A stretch of 64,000 bases of DNA, taken from NCBI RefSeq assembly GCF_009914755.1, contig NC_060931.1; one strand, written 5' to 3'. Source of the DNA: the human T2T-CHM13v2.0 reference genome, Homo sapiens. Both the position numbers and the translations under genes were made by a program. The notes under the pieces are model-generated. The model was not told the DNA's origin, did no database searches, and saw nothing but the letters and a program-made list of their open reading frames with translations. Positions 25,794-37,760 of this stretch are shown in pieces. Positions within the stretch are counted from its first letter, which is position 1. Every line of letters begins with the position of its first letter.

Positions 25794-26731
25794 TTTTCTT
25801 TTTTTTTATTATACTTTAAGTTTTAGGGTACATGTGCACATTGTGCAGGTTAGTTACATATGTATACATGTGCCATGCTGGTGCACTGCACCCACTAACT
25901 CGTCATCTAGCATTAGGTATATCTCCCAATGCTATCCCTCCCCCCTCCCCCCACCCCACCACAGTCCCCAGAGTGTGATATTCCCCTTCCTGTGTCCATG
26001 TGATCTCATTGTTCAATTCCCACCTATGAGTGAGAATACGCGGTGTTTGGTTTTTTGTTCTTGCGATAGTTTACTGAGAATGATGGTTTCCAGTTTCATC
26101 CATGTCCCTACAAAGAACATTAACTCATCATTTTTTATGGCTGCATAGTATTCCATGGTGTATATGTGCCACATTTTCTTAATCCAGTCTCTCATTGTTG
26201 GACATCTGGGTTGGTTCCAAGTCTTTGCTATTGTGAATAATGCCGCAATAAACATACGTGTGCATGTGTCTTTATAGCAGCATGATTTATAGTCCTTTGG
26301 GTATATACCCAGTAATGGGATGGCTGGGTCAAATGGTATTTCTAGTTCTAGATCCCTGAGGAATCGCCACACTGACTTCCACAATGGTTGAACTAGTTCA
26401 CAGTCCCACCAACAGTGTAAAAGTGTTCCTATTTCTCCACATCCTCTCCAGCACCTGTTGTTTCCTGACTTTTTAATGATCGCCATTCTAACTGGTGTGA
26501 GATGATATCTCATAGTGGTTTTGATTTGCATTTCTCTGATGGCCAGTGATGATGAGCATTTTTTCATGTGTTTTTTGGCTGCATAAATGTCTTCTATTGA
26601 GAAGTGTCTGTTCATGTCCTTTGCCCACTTTTTGATGGGGTTGTTTGTTTTTTTCTTGTAAATTTGTCTGAGTTCTTTGTAGATTCTGGATATTAGCCCT
26701 TTGTCAGATGAGTAGGTTGCAAAAATTTTCT
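25761..26731 (-). mobile_element. Young 5'-truncated L1 (L1PA2-type) with ORF2 C-terminal remnant (26013-26615)
   Basis: Near-consensus L1 3' end; ORF reads MNRHFS...[16 protein letters not shown]...[10 protein letters not shown]; 3'UTR has gatgacGAGttagtggg and aaacttAaagtat (not the Ta ACA/G alleles); TSD aacataaaaagccttctt at 25620-25637 and 26736-26753. Confidence 0.96.
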
Positions 26732-27409
26732 TCGCAACATAAAAAGCCTTCTTGATTGACTTGGCCAGTTCATTATTCTGAGCACTTGTTGTGTACCATT
26801 TCTAGCACTTTCCCTGTATAACCTAGTATATTTTGGTTTATATATTTACTCAACTGCACTGTTAATTTTATGGAAAGGAGTACCATCAAGATTTTAACAC
26901 CTCTAAATTCCCCTCAGTATTAAAGTCATATTCTATGGAAAAAATGTGGATGAAACAATGGATTGTTCTTGAATGCCTCTGAATAGCTTGATTCCATGAC
27001 TCTCATCATAAATGAAGGTCTCAAAATTTTATACTTACAATGTTTATGGTCTTGGCTACTATCAAAATCCATTTATATTCAAACTTTCCAAAGAAATTAG
27101 CCGTAGACGAATATTCCTGGGGCTCCTGCTTTCCCTTCTTAGTTTGCATCTTCAGTCACACTTCACACTACCTTTAGCTATTTTTTAATCACCCTTTATC
27201 ACCTCAGTTTGTTTCTCCATCAACAAACCTTTGTTACATTCCTGTATTTACATGAAAGAAATGTCCAATTTCCTCAACCTACTTTCTTGGTCTTATAATC
27301 ACTTTATTAGGTAGTTCAGCTTCTTCCCAACCTCTTATCCTTTCAGCCTAATTGGTCTATTCCTTTTCACAATTCAACTATTTTTACAAAATAAACATTT
27401 CCCATTAAA

Positions 27410-28215
27410 CAAAGAGGAAGACATGGATGTTCTTTATACTGTTATTATTTAACATTGTGCTGAGTTACTAGCTAATGCAATTCATAAAGAGAAACAAAAA
27501 GGAGATATGGAAATTAGTCAAATATAAAATAATAATTACCTGCAAATAATAAAGATTTTTTATCTGGAAAACTCAAGATAATCAACAGAATTTTTATAAA
27601 AAGCAAGAGAATTTAGTAAAGTAGGCACAGAGCACGATCAATTGCCTTCATATATTGAAAGAAGGAGCTACAAGATCTAATAAAATAAACAACAATTTTT
27701 ATAATAGCAACAGACAGAGGAAATACCTAGGACTAAAAAAGGAGTGATCAATACCTAAATGAAGAAAACTGTAAATCACTATGGAGATTCAAGAAAAGAT
27801 ATTTTAACAAATGGAAAGTACAGCATGTTCTTGCAGAGGAAGACGAACAATCATAAAGATACCTCTTTACACTAAATTGACCTACAAAGAAAACAGAGCA
27901 GTATTAGTGAGAGGTGATTTAAGTGCCTGGGTTTAGTGAAACTAGCAGACTTGAATTTGAATTCACTAGCTGTATGACTGTGGAGAGTTTACTTAACCTC
28001 TCTGGGTCTCATTTCCCCATCTAATAAAGGAAAGAATCTACCTCATTGTGAAAATGAAAGGAAATTGGAATTTTGTTTATGAAAATACTGAACACATCAC
28101 CCAACCCTTGGTGCATTCGAAAAATACTAGTTTAACATGATCCCATTAAAAAATACCAGTAGGATAAATTTGTACAACTAAAAAGCCTGATTTAAAAATA
28201 TATTTAGAACAATTG
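27410..28215 (+). mobile_element. Old L1M(E) ORF2 fragment, interrupted by the 27885-28135 insertion
   Basis: tatttaacattgtgctgagttactagctaatgcaa...aaatacctaggactaaa...ctaaattgacctaca / tttaacatgatcccattaaaaaataccag. Confidence 0.7.
27885..28135 (+). repeat. Copy 1 of 250-bp direct duplication (MIR-derived)
   Basis: Matches 29204-29453 with 6 substitutions and one 1-bp indel by manual comparison. Confidence 0.96.
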
Positions 28216-29203
28216 GACATATTTCCCTGAATCAGTGCTGTACCCCTGCTCATCTATAGCTTCATCTTGCTCATCTATAGCCTCAGCCAAACTTATCTTC
28301 CTATAGAACTGGCCACAGTGCTACCTCTGTTAGGTAGCTTTATTCGCCACTGACTACCACCAAGTCATAGAAGGCCTATTAATTCCTATGCTCTTCATTT
28401 GATGCTTAAATTATTTTTTTTGCTATTCTCAGGCATGCCTTCATATGACAGTAGTTCAATTCCCCACCTACATATTGAGTCTAGGTGTCTTATATGTATC
28501 TGAATATTTCTTGGTACAAGTTATAGTGTCTGTATAGGCATTAGTTATTTAGAGTAGGAACTTTTATCCTACTTAATTTTAGTTGTCTCCTTTATTTATT
28601 TTCAGATGTCTCATACATGCCAGCAGAGTTGATCCCAACCTAATTACGCCCCAGGATTAAATTTTGTCACTTTGTTCCAGGTGTTCTAAAATGTGCTGGA
28701 TAAAATTGGGTCTAGGAAGTTGGATATATAGCTTATTAGTCTATAGCTGAAACAAGCATGCATATTCTGGGAAATTGGTGCTTATTTTGGCTTAATCTCA
28801 TGATCTTATGCAAAATATAAGCATCCTTAATAAAGCCAGGCTTGAGCCAGGCTCCAGGTTGCCTGATATAGTCTGGAAGTTAGAAAATTGAGGAGAAAAG
28901 GTAGAAACTGGCTCTAATAACAGATACGATGCTTAGTTGCCAGGAAGAGCAAAGATGATGTGAAAATAGAGACAGGAAAGCCTAAGCAAAATTCTTTGAG
29001 CTGTGGAGTTGAAGGCAACTCATTCTCCTGTCAAGATAATGAAGCAGGAGAATACAAAAGCAAAGATCAATGTGTGTGTTATCTCCTGTTAGATTTTAGT
29101 CTTGAGAAGTCCTGTAAATATTCTTTCTTTTTTTTTTGGTATATTTTATTGAATCTGGATGGTTTTTAAAGTACTGTAGGTCTATAAATTAAATAGGAAT
29201 TAC

Positions 29204-29453
29204 CAAAGAAAACAGAGCGGTATTAGTGAGAGGTGATTTAAGTGCCTGGGCTTAGTGAAACTAGCAGACTTGAATTTGAATTCACTAGCTGTGTGACTGT
29301 GGAGAATTTACTTAACCTCTCTGGGTCTCATTTTCCCATCTAATAAAGGAAAGAATCTACCTCATTGTGAAAATGAAAGGAAATTGGAATTTGTTTATGA
29401 AAATACTGAACACATCACCCAACCCTTGGTGCCTTCGAAAAATACTAGTTTAA
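29204..29453 (+). repeat. Copy 2 (probable donor) of 250-bp direct duplication (MIR-derived)
   Basis: Matches 27885-28135; MIR core ctagctgtgtgactgtggagaatttacttaacctctctgggtctcattttcccatct. Confidence 0.96.
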
Positions 29454-29573
29454 AAATGCAACCTTCATTCTTCTAAGGTTCAAAAATACTCTAGTTCTTT
29501 TAGATACCTAATTTCTGATAAATCCTAAGAGCAGATGCCTTGCTTTTACTTGGCCATAAAATTAATCAGAAAT

Positions 29574-29932
<359 letters not shown>

Positions 29933-31896
29933 TCAGCGTCAGGAGAAATGTTAATGTCCCAGTATATAATTCGGGTTTTCGCCAGAATTGAAATTTATGG
30001 ATTATCACACCTTCTGAATTAAATTTAGAAAATTTTTATTTTTCTTTTTCTCGTGGCAATGAAATAATGACAAACATTTTTCGGGGTGGCACCTAAAGCA
30101 AAACAAATATGATCCTAAAACCTTCCTCCCTTTCAAAATCTTGTATGATCTTACTTCAGGCCATCCTCCAAGTTTCTCAATTACAGTCCAGACAGTCTTG
30201 CAAATGTGGTGTCTGCGGGAGGTCACAAGAGCTTTTTGCAAACCATGCCCCACTTCTATAAAAAGGGAGTAATTAATATGTGGCTGTCAAAATGTTTATA
30301 AACGTCTTTAAAGGTACAAAATGCTGTAAAGGCTGTTTCTTTGCTTTTTAAATTAATCATAAAACGTGGAGATTTTCCAGGAAAAGTATTAAAAATATTA
30401 GAATTTCATTGCTCACTTTCAGGAGATAATTAAAATATGTAGCATTTTTATTATATAATTTCTTGATAAGAATCATAGCTCTTTTAATTAGAGAATTTAG
30501 GAGAGGTTAAAATGAAGTTTTCATTGATCCTCAATGATCACATAGCAGAGGTATTTTTTGATGAAAGTTATTGTAAATGAAAAACGAAGAATCCATGAAT
30601 CTATGCGCATTAACATCCTTTTTATCAAATGAGCTTTGATTGTCTGAAAGAGCGGCCATTCTTTTCCTCATTTCTAACCCATGACACACTATTTCTAACA
30701 CTGCTCTCCTTTGGACACCTTATTAGTTTTCATGTAACACAAAATTCTTAGCAAGTTTAATTATTTGTTTTCCCACTGCATACAGAAGCTCTTAGAGCTA
30801 AGCACAAGCAGAACAGGAAAAATTGTATTTGATGGCACAAAATGTGGGGAGAACAGAAATACTGTGGATGTTAGTGCACTAGGTGTTGGTTGTGCTGCTG
30901 TGTTCAATGGCTTGTCTGAGGAAGCACGGATGTTAGTAAAATTCTTTAGTGGCATATCCATCAACAGTAATTGAGAATAAAACATGTGAAAGCTGTAGCA
31001 CTTGAAGAGTTTATTTTGAATATGGAAAGTCTTTTTGCTTTATGATATTACATACTATGAGACTTCGTTGCACATAAAATATGCTGAGGAAGAACTCTGT
31101 ATTTCATTACATAAGTATGGAAATAACAAAGTATTTTTAGAGCATTCCTAGGGTAGCCCAAACCTAAACATAGAAACTATCCATGAATAGTTTCTCTCCA
31201 GTTCTATGGAGCCAAGGATTCACTAATTAGCCAGGCAGAAAGGGAAGAAAGAAAGAGAAAGTGTATGTGTGTTTGTCTATGTGTGTGTTTAGTGTGTGGT
31301 GTACATATTTATGTCATGCAGGAGGTATTGTGAGATAGTGGTGGATGGTCTTGGGTTCATGGAAAGGCAGTATTGCACATGGATATAGACCTTTGGGTTA
31401 GATTTTGGGTTGAGGTGACTTTATAGCCCAGATTCACCACTCATATAGTTGGGTGAGTGGACAAAATCTCTGAAATAATTTATTTTGTAAAATGGCGGTA
31501 ATAGAGGTGCATGTTATGTAGATTACTTATTAGGAAGCCTTGTGTAAATTCATGTTAAAATGCTTAGCAGGGTGTCTAGTAAGCAGAGTAAACACTTCAA
31601 AAATATTAGCTATTATTCTTATATTTATTATTGACACAATATTTCTACTGATAGTCTTGGAAACAATAATAAAGTTTTATTCAAGCAGCATAGAACAAAA
31701 TCCACCTCCCATCTGCCCTCACCATCCTTCCCACACGAACATCTAAGCAGTTAAACCAGTGATTCTTCCCTTTTTCCAAGCCTAACACACCAACGATAGG
31801 TATAGCACCCACATATTATTAATTGTATTCACCAACTAGTAATATGGGGAGAGATTCTCAGGGGTGAGTAGGAGGAGGAGTGGATCATAGAGACCT

Positions 31897-31938
31897 GTCT
31901 ATGATATATAGAGGAGTCTATGATATATAGAGGAGTCT
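31897..31938. repeat. Perfect 19-bp tandem duplication
   Basis: gtctatgatatatagagga repeated twice plus gtct. Confidence 0.85.
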
Positions 31939-32259
31939 CTTCAGCTTTCTGATACACACTTGTTCCTTGCTGAGTCTCTAAGCACAATATAAAATGAGGA
32001 GTTTGGAAGAGTAAGGAAAAATCTCAGGACTAAACCCAAGGCCATTTTTTTTTAAGTTGATAATTCTTTTAAAAAACTTTTTGGACGTTCAAAAATTCTG
32101 GCATCTCTGTGTCACTGTTTTATATGCTTACTGAGTATACGAAAGAAAACCATACTGGTGCTATTAGTGGAACAGAATTCTAGATTCAAGATCTGCTTCC
32201 ATGAGCAATTTTCAGAGATCACATAATTACAGAATTATATGTATATTGCCTGTTAAGAG

Positions 32260-32512
32260 ACAGGCAGTGCTCAAGGTAAAAGGGCTGACCCTGGAGCCAG
32301 ATATTCTCTTCAAATCCAGCATCTATCTCCCCCTTACTGCATTGGCTTCTTGAGCAAGTTAATCTCTGTGCCTCCATTTACTCATTGTAAAACAAAGGTA
32401 AAAATAATTACCTACTACCTCATGGGATTCAGTAAAAATTAAATGAGATAAAATATGTAAAAAGTATAGAGTGGCTTCTAGCATAAAATTGCTCAGAAAT
32501 ATGTTATTATTA
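32260..32512 (+). mobile_element. MIR, near full length
   Basis: ctggagccag...ttcaaatccagc...gagcaagttaatctctgtgcctccatttactcattgtaaaa...aaatgagataaaatatgtaaaaag. Confidence 0.8.
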
Positions 32513-33034
32513 TGTTTTCCTATGGAAAGGGCATTCTCAAGTACTAAATTAACTGTTAATAATAATTGAATTGAATTGAATAATGACACTATATGTATTT
32601 GAGTGACCTTTAATTTCCTTATATCAGTTATACTTACGGTTAGAGGAGAAACCAGAATGAAGCTATTAGTTGTGCAATTGTGCTTAGTGGGGAAACAGTA
32701 ACTTCAGCTAATAATAATCTTCTACAGTTTTGTAGGCTTTAGAGATCACAGATTTCTATGTATTATGCTTGACAATTTGCAAAGTGCTTCACAACTATTG
32801 CATCATCTATCCCTGGCAATAACCAAACAATTATGTTTATTTTCTTTAAAAAAATAGGATTCAAAGTGGTTGTCATGCAACCCTAGTCAAACACGATTGC
32901 TGGTTACCATAAGTCTAATAAACAAAAAGGGCCAAAAACATATAGCATCCTGCTCTTTATCCCTCCTTTTCTCTCTGCCTTTTTCCCCTTTCCCTTTCTT
33001 CTTTTTGTTCTTTTTTTCCTTTCTTCTATCCTTG

Positions 33035-33360
33035 CAAAATATGGGCTAAACTTAAGCATGTGTCAGGTACTGTGCAAAGTGCTGGATCTAGAGTGGTGCA
33101 ATGAAGACATATCATTGCCTTCTCTGCAGATCACATTTTGATGGGCGAGTCATAGCGTGTAAGCCAGAAAACAAATCTGTTACATTAATGACTATGTATT
33201 GTGAAATGATGAAGAAACAAAGGCAGCAGTGTGATAGAAAGAAAATGAGTTGGGAGTGGGGGCTACTTTTAGGCAAGATGGTCACAATACACTTCTCTGA
33301 GGAAGTGGCATTCCTGAAAGTTGAAGGAAGCGGAGAGCCTGTCAAGGGAGGAGGCAGGTG
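33035..33360 (-). mobile_element. L2 3' fragment
   Basis: tgtgtcaggtactgtgcaaagtgctggatctagagtggtg...cttctctgaggaagtggcatt. Confidence 0.65.
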
Positions 33361-35286
33361 AGGTGCGTAAATATATTACAGTCAGTCTGGCATAAGTTGT
33401 TTCAGATCCCTATTGTCTTGCAGGTTGAAGTACTTGAATTGAGTCTGGAGTACAATTCCTCCAGGGAGCTAAGAGATTTTCAGGGTTGTGATCATCGGTG
33501 TAACCCTGATCATCAGTCTTACCCTAGCAAAGGGCTGGGACTGTGCTTCATGGTTCTATAAGGGCTACCACAAAGTTTCCTCTTCTGTATGCACCATAGC
33601 TATGACAAGCGGGGCCCACTCTGTATTAATTCATTTCTCTCCAAATGTGTCTCCAAAGGCCCTTTCTTGTAACTGCTATATTCAATGTGCAGTTTAAGTA
33701 TTCCTTAAACTTCATCACAAGGTAATTATTTTTTGTTTTTGCTGCTTTTTTCTCTATAGCTTGTTGGACCAACAAGAAGATTCTAATTCTACACTGAAAC
33801 CTACAGTTCTCATTCTAGTCTGATATAGAAGATAAAAGTCTTTTGAAAAAGAACAGTGGCCTAGACAGTATTAGAAAGAAATCTTATCCCCAAAAGGATG
33901 CAGCGTAAATAGAGCAGCACATGGCCAGCTGTCAGAGGAAATCTCTTTGGCTTTATACTCCCCACAAGAGTGCAGTGAGCAGGTCCTTTTAGTATGTCTA
34001 CCAGGATACTAATAAGATGCTAAATGAAAACATCTTTTAAATATCTGTATCTGCCAATAAATTCCCAAGCTTATAAATCCAGTTGATATGACATTTTGTT
34101 GTCATGTTACTTACACTCAGTATTTATTTTGCACTGCCTGAAACAAACTCTTTAGCATCAGGTGCAGAATGCTGAAAGATGCTACTACATTACATTTAAG
34201 TTTTTCTGCAGCATCTTTGGCATTTCCCGTGAGACATCATCATGTACGTAGCTTTGAATGCAGAGTGATGTAATAAAGCAGGATGAAATATGGCTGCAGA
34301 ATACAATGATGGCACCACGGCAGGCATCTTCAGCTTTTTTTATATTGAAGATTCAGCAGGACTATTAAAGTGTAATGGTACAGAACATCTTGTTAAAAAA
34401 CAAAAAGCCACAGCCTTGTATGATATTCTTGTTTATGGATGATATTTATTACTTTTGTATTCTTATTGTGTGCTTCGAAGTCAATTGAAATGCAAGTGCT
34501 AATGAAACCTCCACCATAACACATTTATTTTTCCCTACCCCAAATGAGTCTACAAGATGTAAATGACTTACATATATCAACTGCTCAGGTTTTATTGTTT
34601 TGGGTTAATTTATTTGCTGTAATATTCTTAATGAAAGTAATGACTCTTATACTAGTTTGTATATTCACATACTACAGTTTTATTAAATCACGCTGGGAAA
34701 GTTCACAATGAAGGTCCTAAAATAAAGTTCCATGTTTTGTCAAATATATAAGTGCAATCCACTTACCAAATATCAACACTACATATTTTGTTATTCATTG
34801 TTTCCTAATTTCACCTCACCAAAATTTTAAGGTTAGGGCGGTCCAGGATATAACATATTAGTCATATGTTCGTATTGCATAATTTTTAAAAAGAATACTC
34901 ATCAGAGTTATCTACTTTACTACCTGAAGTTTATTGCACATTATATTGATTATGATGACCTAAAACAATCACTTTAAACTTTTATTCTCAATGTTTACAT
35001 TTCTGTGAACATACGTACTTTAGACAAAAGCAAACATTTTCATAGGATTATGGACATTCCAGATGGAGTGAAACAGAAGCTTTCAATATACAGTTAATTC
35101 TAAACTATGTCCTAGAAAAACAACAAACAAATCAATAAATAAGACCACTGTGTAATATAGTTTTAGAAATAAACCTAAAAATTTTTGTATGTTCATTCCA
35201 TGTTATATACTGGATGCCTGGTACTGGCATGACACCTAGGAAGCTCTCCCAACATTTTGCTGAATGAGCAATCTACTAATATTTAA

Positions 35287-35612
<326 letters not shown>

Positions 35613-35614
35613 TA

Positions 35615-36485
35615 ATCTGTCCAAAAATTAGCCTTTATTCCTACTTCTTTCTCTAGTCATTTTTTGGTCATTTTTTTTATTAGAAGATATTACTTATTTT
35701 GCAGACTAGTCTTAAAATTTTGAGATAACAGTCAAATCAATCTCCCTCTATGACCCAGTTTAATCAAGTATACCTTCACAAGTCGTTTCTAAATATGTTC
35801 CCTCTTCTTCATCACCACTGCATATTTCAGCCCTATGCTTTTATGCTTTGTACTGCAATAATATTTCAGTTGGCCTTGCTGATATCTTCCACCTCCAATT
35901 GATCCCTATATGGCAATCTATTTCTCTTCCTAGCCTATAACTGATTGTGTAGCTTCACTGCTTGAAAATTATAAAGGCTCCAAAACAGTAAAAGTTTTTC
36001 ATAATCCCAATTCCCTAGTATAACATGTAAGTCTGAGATCTAATGCCAACCTACCTTTTTTAGACACTTCCCCTCCCCTTTCTTCATTGATCTTATGCTA
36101 TAACTAATCTTGAAGTCTCAGTATCCCCAGAATCCATTGCCTTTGATCCTTCTCTCAATTTAGATTGCCTTCCTGAACCTTTAGATCCACTTCTATAGCT
36201 TTATCTCCGTATAGCCTTCTCTGAATAAAAACCAGTGAAAAGTATTTGTTTATTTCTCACAACCACTCTCCCCCCAGTTATCTGTCTGAATCTTCTTTAG
36301 AGCCATTGAAGTATTTACAACTAACAGTAAAATATTTGCATACTTAAAAATATTTGCCTTCTATGTTAAAACCCCTTGAAGGTCACTATCTTGTTTGTTT
36401 CTTCTTTATGTTCCTGTATGATGCTTAGTACAAAACTGTTAACATTTTTAGTGTTCAACAAACATTTGTTGAATTAAATTGAATC
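35615..36485 (+). mobile_element. L2 3' region, degenerate
   Basis: L2-like text ending gtgttcaacaaacatttgttgaattaaattgaat. Confidence 0.55.
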
Positions 36486-37549
36486 ACCATAAAATACATT
36501 ACACGCTTAAAAACTTCAATTCTCCATCTAATGTCTGCCAAATAACCCTTAGCTCCTTTAATCTCGACTCAAAGCCTTATTTTCCAACTTACAAGTTATT
36601 TTATTTGCTCTTACTTGAAGCAGAAGAATAAAGAAAGTGGGGAGATGAGGAAGAGAAATGCAAGATGTAGGTTCTATGAAGGCACCCAGAAAAGTTAAAT
36701 CATGCATGTGATCTAAAGAAAAAAATCTGAGAGCCGCAGTCCTCAGAAGGCTTGTGCATGCTTCTTGAAGTAGCAAGTGGTTTTATCCATTATATGAAAA
36801 GCATTTATCACATGGTCAGCCTTTCCATTTTTAAAGAAAATATGTTTTTTGAGTTTACAAAGCCACTTTCTTCTGGTACTGATTTTCTATCCGTATGGCA
36901 GCAATTTTAAGCTCATCTCTGAGTGACAGCTAATGTTGCATCAGTGCGAACTGGTGAATGATGGCTTCCAAAGAAATAGCCAAGAAACCCTTCAAGGTAT
37001 CAAAAAGCTTCTGGTGAATAATCTGGTTTTGATTTAGAACCTGTAAGAAAAGGGCTTTTTAAAGATGTCATGAGTTTCACTGTCCTTTTCCTTCTGTATC
37101 TCCCCATTCAGCCTCCGGTATTTATAGCACAGTAATGGTTACATTCTTTGTGCTCAGGGCAGATTTTCATTTTCATTTCTTTTATAAAATTAGTTATTCA
37201 CATGGCAGAGAAAACTTTTTAAAGTTAGACTTCACATTTTGATCTTCAACATAGTTTGAAACTGATACTTTTTTTGTTGGTTTGTTTTTATTTTCTAGAT
37301 GACAGCACTAAGAATTGATGGAATCTTTTTTGCAAACTCTGAAGAGAATCTGGGATGACTGCCAGTTACAGAAATGGAGGTGGGAGGTGATCTTTAAGTG
37401 TGAAGATATACCTCTCATTTTAGTGTGCTGAATGTCTATTTAACCACATGATCAGAAAATTCTTCCTTATACTCAATGAGATCTTCTTTGGAGTGAGATG
37501 AGCATATTTTTGTCTGACACTCTATGGAGTTAAAGTCAGACATTTTCTA

Positions 37550-37760
37550 ATAATAATTACCATCTATTTAATGTTTTTATATGCAGAACCTATGGTAAGT
37601 ATCTTACATACTCTTCTGATAAATATGCATTGGTATTCTGAATTTACAGATGAAAACATTTAGGTTAAGTTGCCCAAACTTACATGAGCAGAACCTGGAT
37701 TGTATATATGTATCAAGGTCCATAGTACTTTGAAACCCATGCTTTTAATCACTCCTCTCT
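37550..37760 (-). mobile_element. MIR
   Basis: aatttacagatgaaaacatttaggttaagttgcccaa...cccatgcttttaatcact. Confidence 0.6.

Noticed and set aside
26013-26615. 200-aa ORF, the longest in the window
   Set aside because: It is the C-terminal part of L1 ORF2p in a 5'-truncated, promoterless copy, not a host gene.
11330-29453. Treating the local duplications and the transduction as one dedicated biological system or hotspot
   Set aside because: The events differ in apparent age and mechanism; no enrichment can be claimed without a genome-wide background rate.
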